NCBI GenBank assembly: GCA_048884785.1
Contig: JBHLQM010000003.1
Coordinates: forward strand, 1-64,000
Length of the DNA: 64,000 nucleotides
Direction: 5' to 3'
Source of the DNA: Candidatus Thorarchaeota archaeon
GTDB lineage: Archaea; Asgardarchaeota; Thorarchaeia; Thorarchaeales; Thorarchaeaceae
This document shows, piece by piece, positions 9,221-19,912 of the stretch (within the stretch, counting starts at the first letter, position 1; each line of letters begins with the position of its first letter). The notes beneath the pieces were generated by a model. It worked only from the letters and a program-made list of their open reading frames with translations, was not told the DNA's origin and ran no database searches. The position numbers were made by a program, and so were the translations under genes.

Positions 9221-10516
9221 ATGCTAGAGAAAATATTGACTGAGAAGTTTAGACGAATACTCGAAGCAACATTCACGGACATCCAGAATCAACAGGACCG
9301 ACGTGATGAGGAGGAGTTTGCCAAAGATGAATTGCGGATCAAAGAGGAGCTTCTCGATACAGTTGATACCTACCCCTCAAATATAGTTCTTGACGAAGAT
9401 TTCTTAGTTGCAGCAGTTGATGGTTCTGGGAATTCCAACCTAGTAACTCTTGATGATATTAGGGTTCATCTTCTTAGCTCCGCCGCCGTTGTGCTAAATA
9501 CCGGCACAAAAACCGGAAAATTACTCGAGCCTTTGAATCGGAAGATCATTGAATCAGAATTAGGCGATCAGCCGCATCTAGATTCTCATTGGCATTCCGG
9601 AGTCCGTGGTGACGCGAAAGAGAAACTTGCTGAGGCTTTGGAGCACATCTATCCACTGAAGGATCTTGCAGATGTCATCCTGCCTTTCTTTCGAGATCAT
9701 ACTAATGGTAGTATCAATACACTGAATGATATTGGCAAATCGCTTGAATATGGAAAGTTCGTTGAGAATCTAAAGAGCATGAAGGATTTGATTTCAAGAG
9801 AACAAATGCTGACGAATCCAATAGTTCATGATGAGTTGCGAACTGTGAAGGAATATGCAGCTGCGAGGGATGTGATTACTAGCAATCTAAATCCGAAGTA
9901 CCTTCTACTTGATGGTGCAATGTCTGTGTTCATGCACTTTGTGCGAAAGTATCCAACCATGCCTAGCGGATTTCTGCTTCGTGAATTGTGTTCCTTAGCC
10001 AGAAAGAAAGGAATCATAGTAGCGGCTGTGAGTAAAAATCATACTATCCCCTTTGCTCATAGAATTGCTAACATGGCGGCTGAGAAATTCGGATCGAATG
10101 CAAAATGGTTCTGCCACTTGCCTAGCAGAGAGGACCCTGGTGAAGGTCTTCACATTTATGAAGACAGAACCTATATCCCTCCAGTGCTGGCAGTCCCCTA
10201 CCTCTTTAGCTTTTCACGTGATAACCGTCCATCCCGGATTGATTTCGACAGAATTTGGTGGAAGGAGAATATCTTTGTTCCAGGCAATCCTACAGCAACT
10301 AGAGCAAATGAAAAGGAGCTTTTCAGAGACCTCGAATTCTTATCTCGTGACGCTCGATGGTATGGATACCCTGTGGCGTTGGGCCTTGCTCATGAGGCAT
10401 GCAAGATGAGCTATGAGGACATAAGACTGGCTAGAGAAATAGTGCGTGATGTTAGACATCAATTGGGACACGATCCCAGACGAACAGATCCACTTCGAGA
10501 GGATTACAATCTTTGA
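9221..10516 (+). CDS. nurA: DNA double-strand-break repair nuclease NurA
   Basis: VAAVDGS, LLLDGA, AVSK, GYPVALGLAHE. First gene of the herA-mre11-rad50 operon. Confidence 0.88.
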   Translation: MLEKILTEKFRRILEATFTDIQNQQDRRDEEEFAKDELRIKEELLDTVDTYPSNIVLDEDFLVAAVDGSGNSNLVTLDDIRVHLLSSAAVVLNTGTKTGKLLEPLNRKIIESELGDQPHLDSHWHSGVRGDAKEKLAEALEHIYPLKDLADVILPFFRDHTNGSINTLNDIGKSLEYGKFVENLKSMKDLISREQMLTNPIVHDELRTVKEYAAARDVITSNLNPKYLLLDGAMSVFMHFVRKYPTMPSGFLLRELCSLARKKGIIVAAVSKNHTIPFAHRIANMAAEKFGSNAKWFCHLPSREDPGEGLHIYEDRTYIPPVLAVPYLFSFSRDNRPSRIDFDRIWWKENIFVPGNPTATRANEKELFRDLEFLSRDARWYGYPVALGLAHEACKMSYEDIRLAREIVRDVRHQLGHDPRRTDPLREDYNL

Positions 10517-12291
10517 GAGATGCAAAAATGATATTGAATAAAGATGAATTGGGCGAACACTATGGAAAGGTGGGCGTTGGCGATCAGACCATGCTAGGAA
10601 TCATGGGAAATAACCGTGATGTTAGCGTTGGGGAGATATTCATGATTTATTCCTGCAGAGATGCCCATGAACGCGTGTTCTTTTTCCGCGTTCTTGGCCT
10701 TCAAAACTACCTTCGACAGGTTGATGATATTGCCCGAGTCGCAAGCACGCTGATGGTAGAGGGTGATTCGTATCTTTCAGGAATTGAGCGGAACATGCTA
10801 CTATCTGTTGATGGAAAGATGTTGGGCTATGCCGAGAAGGTCGACAAGAAATGGGAGTTCCGATCCCCGAGAAGGCTGCCTGACCATCTTGCAGATGTAT
10901 ATAGGCCAGTCAAGGGCACGTCTGACAAACATGTCATGGAGATGCTTGCCACTCAGACTGCTGGCGAAATCTATGTTGGAGACCTTCAGGTCGGAGAGTC
11001 TACGTTAGATGTCCCTGTAATGATTCCGTCCAAGTTTCTTCCAATGCATGTTGGCATCTTTGGGTCGACAGGTTCTGGCAAGAGCAATTTAATGATGGTC
11101 CTCATCAAGGCTATGATTGACTCAAACCTTGAGATTAATCAGGGGATTAGAACTGATACGCCTAAAGTTTCGGCATTTTGTATCGACCCGCATGATGAAT
11201 TCGCCATGGGTACAGATCAATATGGCATCCAGGATGTCGTGGAGTCTATGGACGCCTCGACAAGAAAGCAGGTTCTTGGAGATTTCTACTACCTCACAAC
11301 ACATCTTTCTGCAACGCAGCGTGAAATACGAAGATACGGAAGGGAGATACGAATTCTATGGAATGAGATTCAGCCACGAGACCTGTACTCAATCACGGAA
11401 TTCACTCCGCAGATGGCTGGATTTATTGACCAAGTGTATGGGCATCATGGAGAGGATTGGATTTCCGAAATCTTGGATATGGCAGATGATCCTGATGGAA
11501 CTCCCCAGGGAACTCTGAAGGGTGTACAGCGGAGGTTGAGATTCCTCCAGCGCAGTCCAATCTTCATTGATAGTGGCACAAGTATTCTGGATGAAGTCTT
11601 TGATGCCATGGAAACAGGTCGAATTCTGGTTGTCAATACAAGTCTAATGAGTGACATGGAGCAATTCTTGCTTACAACTATTGTAACACGTACGCTATCT
11701 GATATGCGCAGAGCATTGAAGAGCAGCGGTAACCTGGGCGACTTCGAACGACAAGCCAGACTACGTCTACCTACGTCATTCATTGGAAGAGTTATAGCCC
11801 GTGCGCGGACCTTCTATGGTAAGTCTGGTTCTGATGACCAGAGTCCTGTTAAAGATCCTCGAAATCTTCCAGTGATTCAAGTAACTGTTGAAGAGGCTCC
11901 ATCGATATTAAATCCTGATTTGATGCGCGGCCATTCTGTGTTCAAGGATATCTCTCGGCAGGGTCGTAAATTCAATATTGGTCTACTTGTAGTGAGTCAG
12001 CAAGTAAGTGTCCTTGATAATGTGATTCTTTCTCAGATGAACACAGAGATTAATCTTCGACTTGGAAACGAGCGAGAGATACGCGCCTGTATAGAGAATG
12101 CGAGTGTCAACATCACGGGATTTGAAAATGAGTTCAGAGTGATGTCTAGAGGAGAGGCAATTCTCACTGCTTCCTACCGTGAACTTCCATTGCCCGTGAA
12201 GATTCCTCTGTTTGATACCGTGTTCGAACGAGACAAAGATCGTTACAAGCCAAAAGGTACTAAGCCAAAACAAGACAAACATGTGATTTGA
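10513..12291 (+). CDS. herA: HerA helicase/ATPase
   Basis: HVGIFGSTGSGKS, IDPHDEF, VTVEEAP, RQGRKFNIGL.VSQ. Confidence 0.9.
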   Translation: MRDAKMILNKDELGEHYGKVGVGDQTMLGIMGNNRDVSVGEIFMIYSCRDAHERVFFFRVLGLQNYLRQVDDIARVASTLMVEGDSYLSGIERNMLLSVDGKMLGYAEKVDKKWEFRSPRRLPDHLADVYRPVKGTSDKHVMEMLATQTAGEIYVGDLQVGESTLDVPVMIPSKFLPMHVGIFGSTGSGKSNLMMVLIKAMIDSNLEINQGIRTDTPKVSAFCIDPHDEFAMGTDQYGIQDVVESMDASTRKQVLGDFYYLTTHLSATQREIRRYGREIRILWNEIQPRDLYSITEFTPQMAGFIDQVYGHHGEDWISEILDMADDPDGTPQGTLKGVQRRLRFLQRSPIFIDSGTSILDEVFDAMETGRILVVNTSLMSDMEQFLLTTIVTRTLSDMRRALKSSGNLGDFERQARLRLPTSFIGRVIARARTFYGKSGSDDQSPVKDPRNLPVIQVTVEEAPSILNPDLMRGHSVFKDISRQGRKFNIGLLVVSQQVSVLDNVILSQMNTEINLRLGNEREIRACIENASVNITGFENEFRVMSRGEAILTASYRELPLPVKIPLFDTVFERDKDRYKPKGTKPKQDKHVI

Positions 12292-12302
12292 GGAATTGAA
12301 AG

Positions 12303-13613
12303 ATGCCTGCCCGTATAGCTCACATATCTGATACACATCTTGGCGCAAAACCAAGTGATGGTGTTAAGCAGAATGTGTGGGGGGTAGAGATGCGGACACG
12401 ACTGCTTGAGAATGACTACTATGAGCGATTCGCTGAGCTATTTGATACAATCTCAAAGATGGATCCACCTGTGGACTTGGTGATTCACTCGGGGGACCTC
12501 TATAATTCTCCATGGGAAGGAAATCCTCAGCAGCCGCCAGTAGTCGCCCAAGAAACTGCAATATCGATACTAAAGGACTTTATCGAATCCACAGGAATCC
12601 CTGTTTTGATAATTGAAGGAAATCATGGTCTATATAGGTCACTTGAAGTTTCCCTCCTCGATAGTCTTAAACTTGCAGTACCTGGCTTGGAGGTTGCTAC
12701 GCAACAGGACCTAAAGAAAGCCCTCGCCATGGAGCAACCGCTTGTCAAGAAATTCGAAAACCTTGATGTCTACTGCTTTCCTTTTCTTGAGAAGAACGTC
12801 CTTGTGTCTTCAGGTCTGCTGGAAGACTTTAATGACTGGGTTCTCACTCATCAGCAACCTGACAGCAAGCGGCTATCGGTTGCTGTGGCACATGGAATGG
12901 ATTTGGATGAAACCCTATATTCCTCTATGTTTAGCCTACCATATGATTACTTTGCGCTAGGTCATGATCATCGACAGCACAAACATGCAAAAAACGCATG
13001 GTATGCAGGTGCTCCTGAACGCTGGAGATTCGATGAGATCAATCACAAGAAAGGATTCCTGATCATTGACATCTCTGATAGTCACGATACGACGGTCACT
13101 GAACACCACCTAGACTTCGTTCGTCCAGTTATAAGCGAAAGAATTTCTATTGAGCTGGATGATACGGTGGAATCAATTCTGGCCAAGATTGAGCAAATCT
13201 TTGAGAACGTCGGTGTCAAATCAAAATGGGATCCAACATCAGCCGCCAGAATTAGACTGGTTCTTGAGGGAAACTCAGCTCGATTCAACAATCTTGACAT
13301 TAGTCTAGCAATGGAAGCCTTGCGGATGAATGTCCTAGGGAGTGATTCAGCATACAACATCTCACAGTTGAAATGGTCAGTGAAACTTCCCAGTATCGAA
13401 CATGATGCCGCAGCCTATCCTGAAATAGAAGCAGATTATTTGATTGAAAACCCAGAGAGTGATTTTCTTGAATATCTTGAGACTGTTGATTTGGATGAAC
13501 GTTATGATGAAAAGATCCTGACGAAGATTGCTGTCAAGGCGATGAAAAAGACCGTTACTCAGGATGGTGAGAAGCTCACCCTCGACTCACTCATGGAGGA
13601 TGAATCAGGTTGA
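12303..13613 (+). CDS. mre11: Mre11/SbcD nuclease
   Basis: HISDTHLG, IHSGDLY, GNHG, AHG, LGHDH, YAGAPER..FDE. Confidence 0.9.
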   Translation: MPARIAHISDTHLGAKPSDGVKQNVWGVEMRTRLLENDYYERFAELFDTISKMDPPVDLVIHSGDLYNSPWEGNPQQPPVVAQETAISILKDFIESTGIPVLIIEGNHGLYRSLEVSLLDSLKLAVPGLEVATQQDLKKALAMEQPLVKKFENLDVYCFPFLEKNVLVSSGLLEDFNDWVLTHQQPDSKRLSVAVAHGMDLDETLYSSMFSLPYDYFALGHDHRQHKHAKNAWYAGAPERWRFDEINHKKGFLIIDISDSHDTTVTEHHLDFVRPVISERISIELDDTVESILAKIEQIFENVGVKSKWDPTSAARIRLVLEGNSARFNNLDISLAMEALRMNVLGSDSAYNISQLKWSVKLPSIEHDAAAYPEIEADYLIENPESDFLEYLETVDLDERYDEKILTKIAVKAMKKTVTQDGEKLTLDSLMEDESG

Positions 13614-15700
13614 AGATTCTCAACATTGAGATTCAGAACTTCAAACCCTTCAAGAGTCTGAGTCTTCCTGAGCAGGGAGAATTGCCTGATGGTCTAATTC
13701 TAATAAAAGGTCCAAACTCAACTGGCAAATCCTCTCTATTTGAGGCAATTTTATGGTCTATATGGGGTCCATCAGGTCTCACTGGAACAAACCAGACAAA
13801 TGATGATCTAGTGAGCTTTGCATCCTCCTTTTGCAAAGTCACCCTCATATTTGAGGTGTCCAAGAGTCGGTATAAAATCGAGAGATCGTATGATTCTGCA
13901 ACGGGAATGAATGTGATTCTTTATACATGGATGAATGGTTCCTGGAAAAGAACTGCTGACAAGACCCGTACTGTTGAAACGGAGGTAGAATCTATTCTCA
14001 ATATCAGTTCCACTCAAGCGCTCAACACTCTGCTTGTTCGACAGGGTGAGGTCGCTTTGATAGCCAATGCAACTCCATCTGTTCTCAGAGAAATGTTGGT
14101 CGAGGTGTATAATCTAAATCTTTTGGAGAAGATGACCGATCATCTAGGTAGTTTGGAATCAGATCTCACAATCCAGATAGACGCACTAGAGCGCGGATAT
14201 ACAAATCCAGATTATATTGAGAAACAGATCAAGTTGGCTCAAGAGAGCATCAAGAATCAGAACAATCAGCTAGCTGAGAAGGAAAAGCAAGTAAATGAAG
14301 CTGAAAATGCTCTGAAGAAACTTCCCGACTCACAAATGTTCGAGCAATTGAATGACCTCACTCAAGAAACTGATAGAAAACGAAACGATATTGAACGAAT
14401 CACCAAGACTCGTGACAGCGAATTGAAAACGGCTGCCATATTATCGGCAGACGAAGAGTTGATTCTTGCGAGGATGTCTTCTTTAGAAAAACAAAGCGAG
14501 AAGATTGATGGCTCTGAGGAGTCCGCAAAGGAAAAACTCTCTGAAATCGACTTCGAAGTTGGATCCCTAATTGGTGAAGGAACCAGACTTCAGAAAGCTG
14601 CAGAAACCTTGGAATCTTCAGAGGATGAGGTAAAATGCCCTACCTGTTCAAAACCAATCAGCCCTGAAGAGCGTAACAGAATCGTGAAGGAATACCAAAC
14701 AACAATCAAAACCGCTCTAAAACGAGCTGATGAATTGAAGAATCAGCGTTCTCTTTTAGCCGAGAAGATTAGAGAATATGGGGACAAGAAAATAGAGATC
14801 AGTAGAGTTATTGAGGCAATAAACAGAGCCATCGCCTTTCAGAAGGAAATTGACCACACTCATGATTTACTGAAACAAGCACAATCCAAGCTAAATGAAA
14901 CCTTGGCAAAAGCCGGAATTAAGAATATTCAGACCATTTTGAAGAAGTTTAATGCAAAGGACATTGCTGAACTTCATCGAATACTGGTTGGTGAACAGAA
15001 GAAGTTTGAATCATTCAAGGGCGAATATGAAATCATTCAGAAGTCAATTAATGATGAGGAAGAACGGCTATCCCAACTTGGAGATGATGTTGTCGCCATG
15101 AAACAGTTAGGCGCAGAGATATTGAATCTGAAGTCGCTGCTTGAGCATACGCAGTATGTGCGAAGGAAGCTTGTTAGTGGATTCCTTGCAGACTATGTGA
15201 TACAGAAGCGTCTGATTGGCATCATTAAAGGCGCTACAAACCCTTATGTTCGGTCTTTTACAAATGGTCAATACTCAGGCATTGATCTTATCCCTACAAA
15301 GGCGAAAGGACGTGGAGGCGCCGGACTTGAGCTCAAGATTCAAGATAAACGAGATGATGCTGTGAAGAAGACCACTCAGTTGAGCTATGGGGATAGAACC
15401 GCAGTCAGTCTTGGTCTAAGACTTGGAATCAGCAGAACAATGAGCGCAATACGTCCCCTGAAGGACAGTCCAGCTCTTTCCCCAAGGATTAGATGTGTAC
15501 TTCTAGATGAACCACTCGGAGGTCTTGATAAAAACAGAAGAACTTCAGTTGTTCAAAACCTAATCAATGATCAGTCATTTCAACAGATTCTGTTGATTAC
15601 ACATACTGATGTCCAGTCTTGGCAAGGAGTGCCTGTCATAGAAGTGAGTAAGACTGGAAGCACGAGTGAGGCTGTGCTTCAGATAAACTCCGAAGAATAG
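13610..15700 (+). CDS. rad50: Rad50/SbcC ATPase
   Basis: GPNSTGKSS, Q-loop VRQGE, coiled coils with CPTC zinc hook, signature LSYGD, LLDEP, ITH. Confidence 0.92.
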   Translation: MKILNIEIQNFKPFKSLSLPEQGELPDGLILIKGPNSTGKSSLFEAILWSIWGPSGLTGTNQTNDDLVSFASSFCKVTLIFEVSKSRYKIERSYDSATGMNVILYTWMNGSWKRTADKTRTVETEVESILNISSTQALNTLLVRQGEVALIANATPSVLREMLVEVYNLNLLEKMTDHLGSLESDLTIQIDALERGYTNPDYIEKQIKLAQESIKNQNNQLAEKEKQVNEAENALKKLPDSQMFEQLNDLTQETDRKRNDIERITKTRDSELKTAAILSADEELILARMSSLEKQSEKIDGSEESAKEKLSEIDFEVGSLIGEGTRLQKAAETLESSEDEVKCPTCSKPISPEERNRIVKEYQTTIKTALKRADELKNQRSLLAEKIREYGDKKIEISRVIEAINRAIAFQKEIDHTHDLLKQAQSKLNETLAKAGIKNIQTILKKFNAKDIAELHRILVGEQKKFESFKGEYEIIQKSINDEEERLSQLGDDVVAMKQLGAEILNLKSLLEHTQYVRRKLVSGFLADYVIQKRLIGIIKGATNPYVRSFTNGQYSGIDLIPTKAKGRGGAGLELKIQDKRDDAVKKTTQLSYGDRTAVSLGLRLGISRTMSAIRPLKDSPALSPRIRCVLLDEPLGGLDKNRRTSVVQNLINDQSFQQILLITHTDVQSWQGVPVIEVSKTGSTSEAVLQINSEE

Positions 15701-15731
15701 TACCTTCCCTTTTCTACAAAGGAAAGAGTTA

Positions 15732-17624
15732 ATGAGAGGAATTCTATTTCCTGAGGATATGAGCACTTTACCCAAAGGTGACCAGGTAGCAAAATTCGTG
15801 TATGATCACATCATTCTACTTGCAATTCTAATCATTGGTGCTGCAATTTGGGTGGAGCTGTTCAACCTTGCCGTGGTTGACTACCTCGATAGCAATATTT
15901 GGCGTATAAGGGGGGTATGGCTCGGTACTGGTGAGTTTGATCTTTTTGGATATACCATCTCGTATCAGTTTGAAGGATACACTGACTATTCCTTCTACTA
16001 CGTGCATTGGGGAACCAATATGTTGCGAGGTGTGATGCCCTACGATAATGATTTTGGCTATATCGTCCTCGATGGATTCACAAATGAAAACGGGGCTTAT
16101 ATGTTCCCTCCATTTTCAGCATATCTCTATGCGGCAGGTATGGCTATTCCTGTTGATAACTGGGGAATTGGGTTCATAATTGCTATTTTCGGATACCTTA
16201 CTGCATTGCCTGTATACGGATTGGGCAAGGAATTGTCAAAGAATAGACATGTCGGAGAGGCTGCCGCTCTTACATACCTGCTGAATCCTAATGTGCTCTA
16301 CCATAGTGTATTCGCATGGTTGAATCCTGCACCTTTCATCTTCTTCTTTTTTGCAGGTTTTTACATGTTGGTTCGTGGTCACAAAAATGTAGGGACGATT
16401 CTAATTGTCTGTGCGGCACTCTTTAAGCAGACTGCTTGGTTTCTTGGAATTCCACTAGTTGTTTACCTGCTCGTGAGGCCAAAATCAAAGGAAATTGTTG
16501 AAGAGTTAACTGTGGTATCCCCAGATGAGCAGCAGCCGCTAGAAGACTCAGCAAAAGAACGAGCAGAACAGGCGGATAAGAAGAAAAAACCCATTCTGGA
16601 AGCAACAGTGGAGTATTTTGATATTCGAGGATTTCTCTCCAGTGCTGTAATGGTGATTATTTTTGGGCTTGCAATAATGTTCCCCTTTATTTTGGCAACG
16701 CCCAATTTTCTCAGAAACCTTTCGCTTGCCGCGGGCGGCTTTCCGCTTGAATCCTTCACTGAACTGCCAGGGTATGGAAGTCCAATGCGGTTACAAGTGC
16801 TTGCTGTGGCGGCAGGATTTCCAGAATTGGCTCAATTTCTCGATTTTCTTGTATACTATGGATTTCTGCTCTCATTTGGAGTCATTCTAGCAATGGGTAT
16901 CATGTTGCTGGAACGGAGAGAATCTGATCGTCCTCTATACTACATGCGGCGCTTGCTATTCCTCACCTTGCTTCTAATGCTCTGGGTTCACCTTATGGGT
17001 CCAAGAGGTGTATACAAGTACTACTTCACGCTATTTGCACCATTCTTCTCAATCTTTGCATCCTCGAAGATGGTAACAAGTACTGAGGAGTCTGTTCCAT
17101 TTTCATTCTCCATGCTGTGGCTGCCCATTGCGATGAGTCTGGCAATAGTCATTCCTCAAAGGGAAATCTATCTCTTCTGTGTACTGCTGTTATTCATTGG
17201 ATACCTACTCGCATATCAGATTGGAGTATTCTGGAGTGCACTAACTGCGCCTATTCGATATCTATCCAAGTTCTTTTCCTCTAAAATGCCGATGGTCAAT
17301 CGCATTCGAGAGAAGCGAGGTCCAAGACAATCCAGAACTTTCTCATACGAAGGACATACACTCCGTGTGGAGTTTATCGGAGCGTTAGATCAGATCTTCC
17401 GAAAACAGAAAATCCTTGTTTCAAGACTCTTCTATGATAACGAAGTTGTATCTGAATGCAGAATTAAAGCCTGGAGCGAAGATGGGGAACCATTGGAGAG
17501 TCTATCTCATCATCTAGTTATCACGGAAGGAGAAACCAAGGTTACCTATGAAGTAAATCATCTAAGCACAATATCACTGGATATCCGGCTTCGAAGAAAT
17601 GGGGAGGATATCTCCTTGAATTGA
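15732..17624 (+). CDS. Polytopic membrane protein, probable GT-C glycosyltransferase (GT87/PMT-like)
   Basis: Many TM helices. TD..FY...G...PY..YMFPP luminal motif, LLNP, FKQ. Confidence 0.6.
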   Translation: MRGILFPEDMSTLPKGDQVAKFVYDHIILLAILIIGAAIWVELFNLAVVDYLDSNIWRIRGVWLGTGEFDLFGYTISYQFEGYTDYSFYYVHWGTNMLRGVMPYDNDFGYIVLDGFTNENGAYMFPPFSAYLYAAGMAIPVDNWGIGFIIAIFGYLTALPVYGLGKELSKNRHVGEAAALTYLLNPNVLYHSVFAWLNPAPFIFFFFAGFYMLVRGHKNVGTILIVCAALFKQTAWFLGIPLVVYLLVRPKSKEIVEELTVVSPDEQQPLEDSAKERAEQADKKKKPILEATVEYFDIRGFLSSAVMVIIFGLAIMFPFILATPNFLRNLSLAAGGFPLESFTELPGYGSPMRLQVLAVAAGFPELAQFLDFLVYYGFLLSFGVILAMGIMLLERRESDRPLYYMRRLLFLTLLLMLWVHLMGPRGVYKYYFTLFAPFFSIFASSKMVTSTEESVPFSFSMLWLPIAMSLAIVIPQREIYLFCVLLLFIGYLLAYQIGVFWSALTAPIRYLSKFFSSKMPMVNRIREKRGPRQSRTFSYEGHTLRVEFIGALDQIFRKQKILVSRLFYDNEVVSECRIKAWSEDGEPLESLSHHLVITEGETKVTYEVNHLSTISLDIRLRRNGEDISLN

Positions 17625-17646
17625 TTCGTTTTACTATGTACTAATT

Positions 17647-18846
17647 TCAGGCCTGCAGAAGTGATTCAAGTTCCTGTTTCTTTTTCTCAATCTTCTTGGC
17701 AAGGCTTTGAACACGTTCTTCAAGTTTGCTGGATTGCTCATCGTAGGTTTCTCTTGGCATTGCACCAGATGTATGTCGCTGTTGAATGTGGTTCTTGAGT
17801 TGTTCAACTGATTTGAGCTCTGCTTGAAGTGATTTGATATCCTTCTCTAACTCCTCTGCTCGATTCTCTTCTTCGCTCATGAATTGCTTGGATGGAATCA
17901 TTACACCCAGTTGATCCTGGGTCTTCTCGGCAAAGCTTTGGAATTGGTCTCTGAGACTCTCAATATTCTTCTCAATGTCAGTAATCTGTTGCGTTACTTT
18001 CTGTATATCCTTTTGAAGGTCAAAAACTGCATTTACCAGTCTTCTTAATGTCTGCTCCACTTCCTTTGAACCTGAATCCTTCATCATTGTTGAGTCCCTC
18101 TTCTGTGTGACCAGTTCATCGTTTTCTTCGATTTCCTCAATAGATGTGTCAAGTCGCCCACCGCTCAGCCATTTGAACGCATTCAATGCAAACTGAATGT
18201 TGCCTCTATGTTTGAGACCTCCACCTTTCCTAAAGATTTCATAACTTCCTGAGCAAATCACTCTACCCTTCCCAAATTGAGTTGCACCAATAACTGGTTG
18301 ACTTGGAGGATCTGCACTGTCACTTGTCTTGGCAACGGCGATAGCCTTGTCGGCTATCTTTAGCGTACAAGCCGATGGCAAAAGAATATCGTTTACATCA
18401 TTTGTAAGAGGATGCCCTGAGAAATTCTTGACCAGTGGCATGGTTGGCAGTCCTGCATTATTTCTATCGTCTTTTACTGCTGTGTTTTCGAATGTTATCC
18501 CGAAAATCTTTGAAAGGGTACTCATATTATTCATTAGCCCTTTGTCTCCGCCTGACAGAGACATAAGAAAAAGTCCCCCCCCGTCCTTCACATACTTTTG
18601 TAATGTATCAATCTCTGCTTGTCTTAATTTTGAGCTGTTGGGACAACCGAATACAATGACTTGAGCATTCTCCAGGTTTTTCGGGAGAATCATGAATTCT
18701 GTGTAAGGCTCCACATCAAAATCATTGTCTTTAAGCAACTGGGCCAATTCGGAATAGGTGGAATCCAACCGTCCTCTCTCGTTTTGAGTCTGATCAAAAT
18801 ACACAAGATATCTTCGTCCGCTCAATGGGTTCACCTTCTGGCCCAA
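17647..18846 (-). CDS. GIFT/DUF4350 (GldG/IFT52-like) domain plus long C-terminal coiled coil
   Basis: VYFDQTQNE, EIDTLQKYVKDGGGLFLM, FGITF, HPLT, GKGRVIC.G, N.QFALNAFKWL. Heptad repeats from ~aa 260. No signal peptide. Confidence 0.75.
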   Translation of the reverse strand: MGQKVNPLSGRRYLVYFDQTQNERGRLDSTYSELAQLLKDNDFDVEPYTEFMILPKNLENAQVIVFGCPNSSKLRQAEIDTLQKYVKDGGGLFLMSLSGGDKGLMNNMSTLSKIFGITFENTAVKDDRNNAGLPTMPLVKNFSGHPLTNDVNDILLPSACTLKIADKAIAVAKTSDSADPPSQPVIGATQFGKGRVICSGSYEIFRKGGGLKHRGNIQFALNAFKWLSGGRLDTSIEEIEENDELVTQKRDSTMMKDSGSKEVEQTLRRLVNAVFDLQKDIQKVTQQITDIEKNIESLRDQFQSFAEKTQDQLGVMIPSKQFMSEEENRAEELEKDIKSLQAELKSVEQLKNHIQQRHTSGAMPRETYDEQSSKLEERVQSLAKKIEKKKQELESLLQA

Positions 18847-18944
18847 ACATCACCACTCTTGTAGGATGAGCTAATGAGACTTGCGGGGATAGCTATTCCT
18901 AAGCTTTCGAACCTTTTATTTCAGACGATGCTATTTCTTTTCCT

Positions 18945-19376
18945 ATGTCCGGTCAAGATTGCATATTCTGCAAAATAATAAGAGGCGAAATACCATCTTC
19001 TGTCATTTTCGAAGACGATATGTGTATGGCATTTATGGATGTTTTTCCAATCAGAGAAGGTCATTGCCTGCTTGTTCCGAAACAACACTTTACCAATATG
19101 CTTGATGTTGATCCAAAAGTTGCAGAGAGGTTGGGGCAGAAGCTATCTGAATTGAGTAGAATGGTTTACAATGTTTACAAGCCTGCAGGCATTTTGAACA
19201 TTGCCGCCAACGGTCCTGATGCTGGACAGGAAGTACCTCACTTACACTTCCATGTAATTCCAAAGAAGAAGGGGGAACCATTTGGATTTAGATTTCCTCC
19301 TGGCTATCGGGATGAAATGGCTTCCAGGGAGGAACTAAATCGGATCGCAGGAAATCTCAGTAAATCCTTACGATAG
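18945..19376 (+). CDS. hit: HIT family hydrolase
   Basis: CIFCKII, GQEVPHLHFHVIP histidine triad. Confidence 0.93.
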   Translation: MSGQDCIFCKIIRGEIPSSVIFEDDMCMAFMDVFPIREGHCLLVPKQHFTNMLDVDPKVAERLGQKLSELSRMVYNVYKPAGILNIAANGPDAGQEVPHLHFHVIPKKKGEPFGFRFPPGYRDEMASREELNRIAGNLSKSLR

Positions 19377-19805
19377 GTTCAGAAGATTAAGTCCACTCGT
19401 ACTGTCAGGTGCTCGTTCGAGCTTTCCATCTAGAATAGTAAGAATCACCTCAATGGTTACAGACACTCTACACCCTCTCATCAAGTGACCACTGAAGGAC
19501 TTTCCCTGTTCATCAGCGACAACTATGTGTGCATGAACAATAGGATTGCCATCTCTCCCCACTGCAATGTTTCCTATACAAGAGGTGACCTCGAGGTCTT
19601 TGTCAATGATAAAGCTCTTGTACTGTTTCTTCTCCAAATCAAAATATCCTAGAGTGGCACCTGATATTGCTCCGATTAGCATAAGATATCCGGCTCGAAT
19701 TTCCAGTTTTTTTGCCAGATCTTCAAGGGTTTCAAGGATATCCTCGCCTGGTACCATCCTGGCAACTACTGTCTTGATTGTTCGGGTTTTTTGAATAGAT
19801 ACCAT
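19368..19805 (-). CDS. PPC (DUF296) domain protein
   Basis: R..PGED, IGA, GNI, HAHIV, GHL, EV. Confidence 0.88.
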   Translation of the reverse strand: MVSIQKTRTIKTVVARMVPGEDILETLEDLAKKLEIRAGYLMLIGAISGATLGYFDLEKKQYKSFIIDKDLEVTSCIGNIAVGRDGNPIVHAHIVVADEQGKSFSGHLMRGCRVSVTIEVILTILDGKLERAPDSTSGLNLLNLS

Positions 19806-19912
19806 AGCGATGAAATGTAATAACCCACTAATGAAGAGAGCGATGAAGCCGAATCACTTGTCAAATTGGAAGTGCTTATCAATGCAATATAGACCATCTA
19901 TTTTGGATATTA

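Noticed and set aside
9221-12291. NurA-HerA as an antiphage nuclease-ATPase defence pair
   Set aside because: They are directly followed by mre11 and rad50, which is the known archaeal DSB-repair operon.
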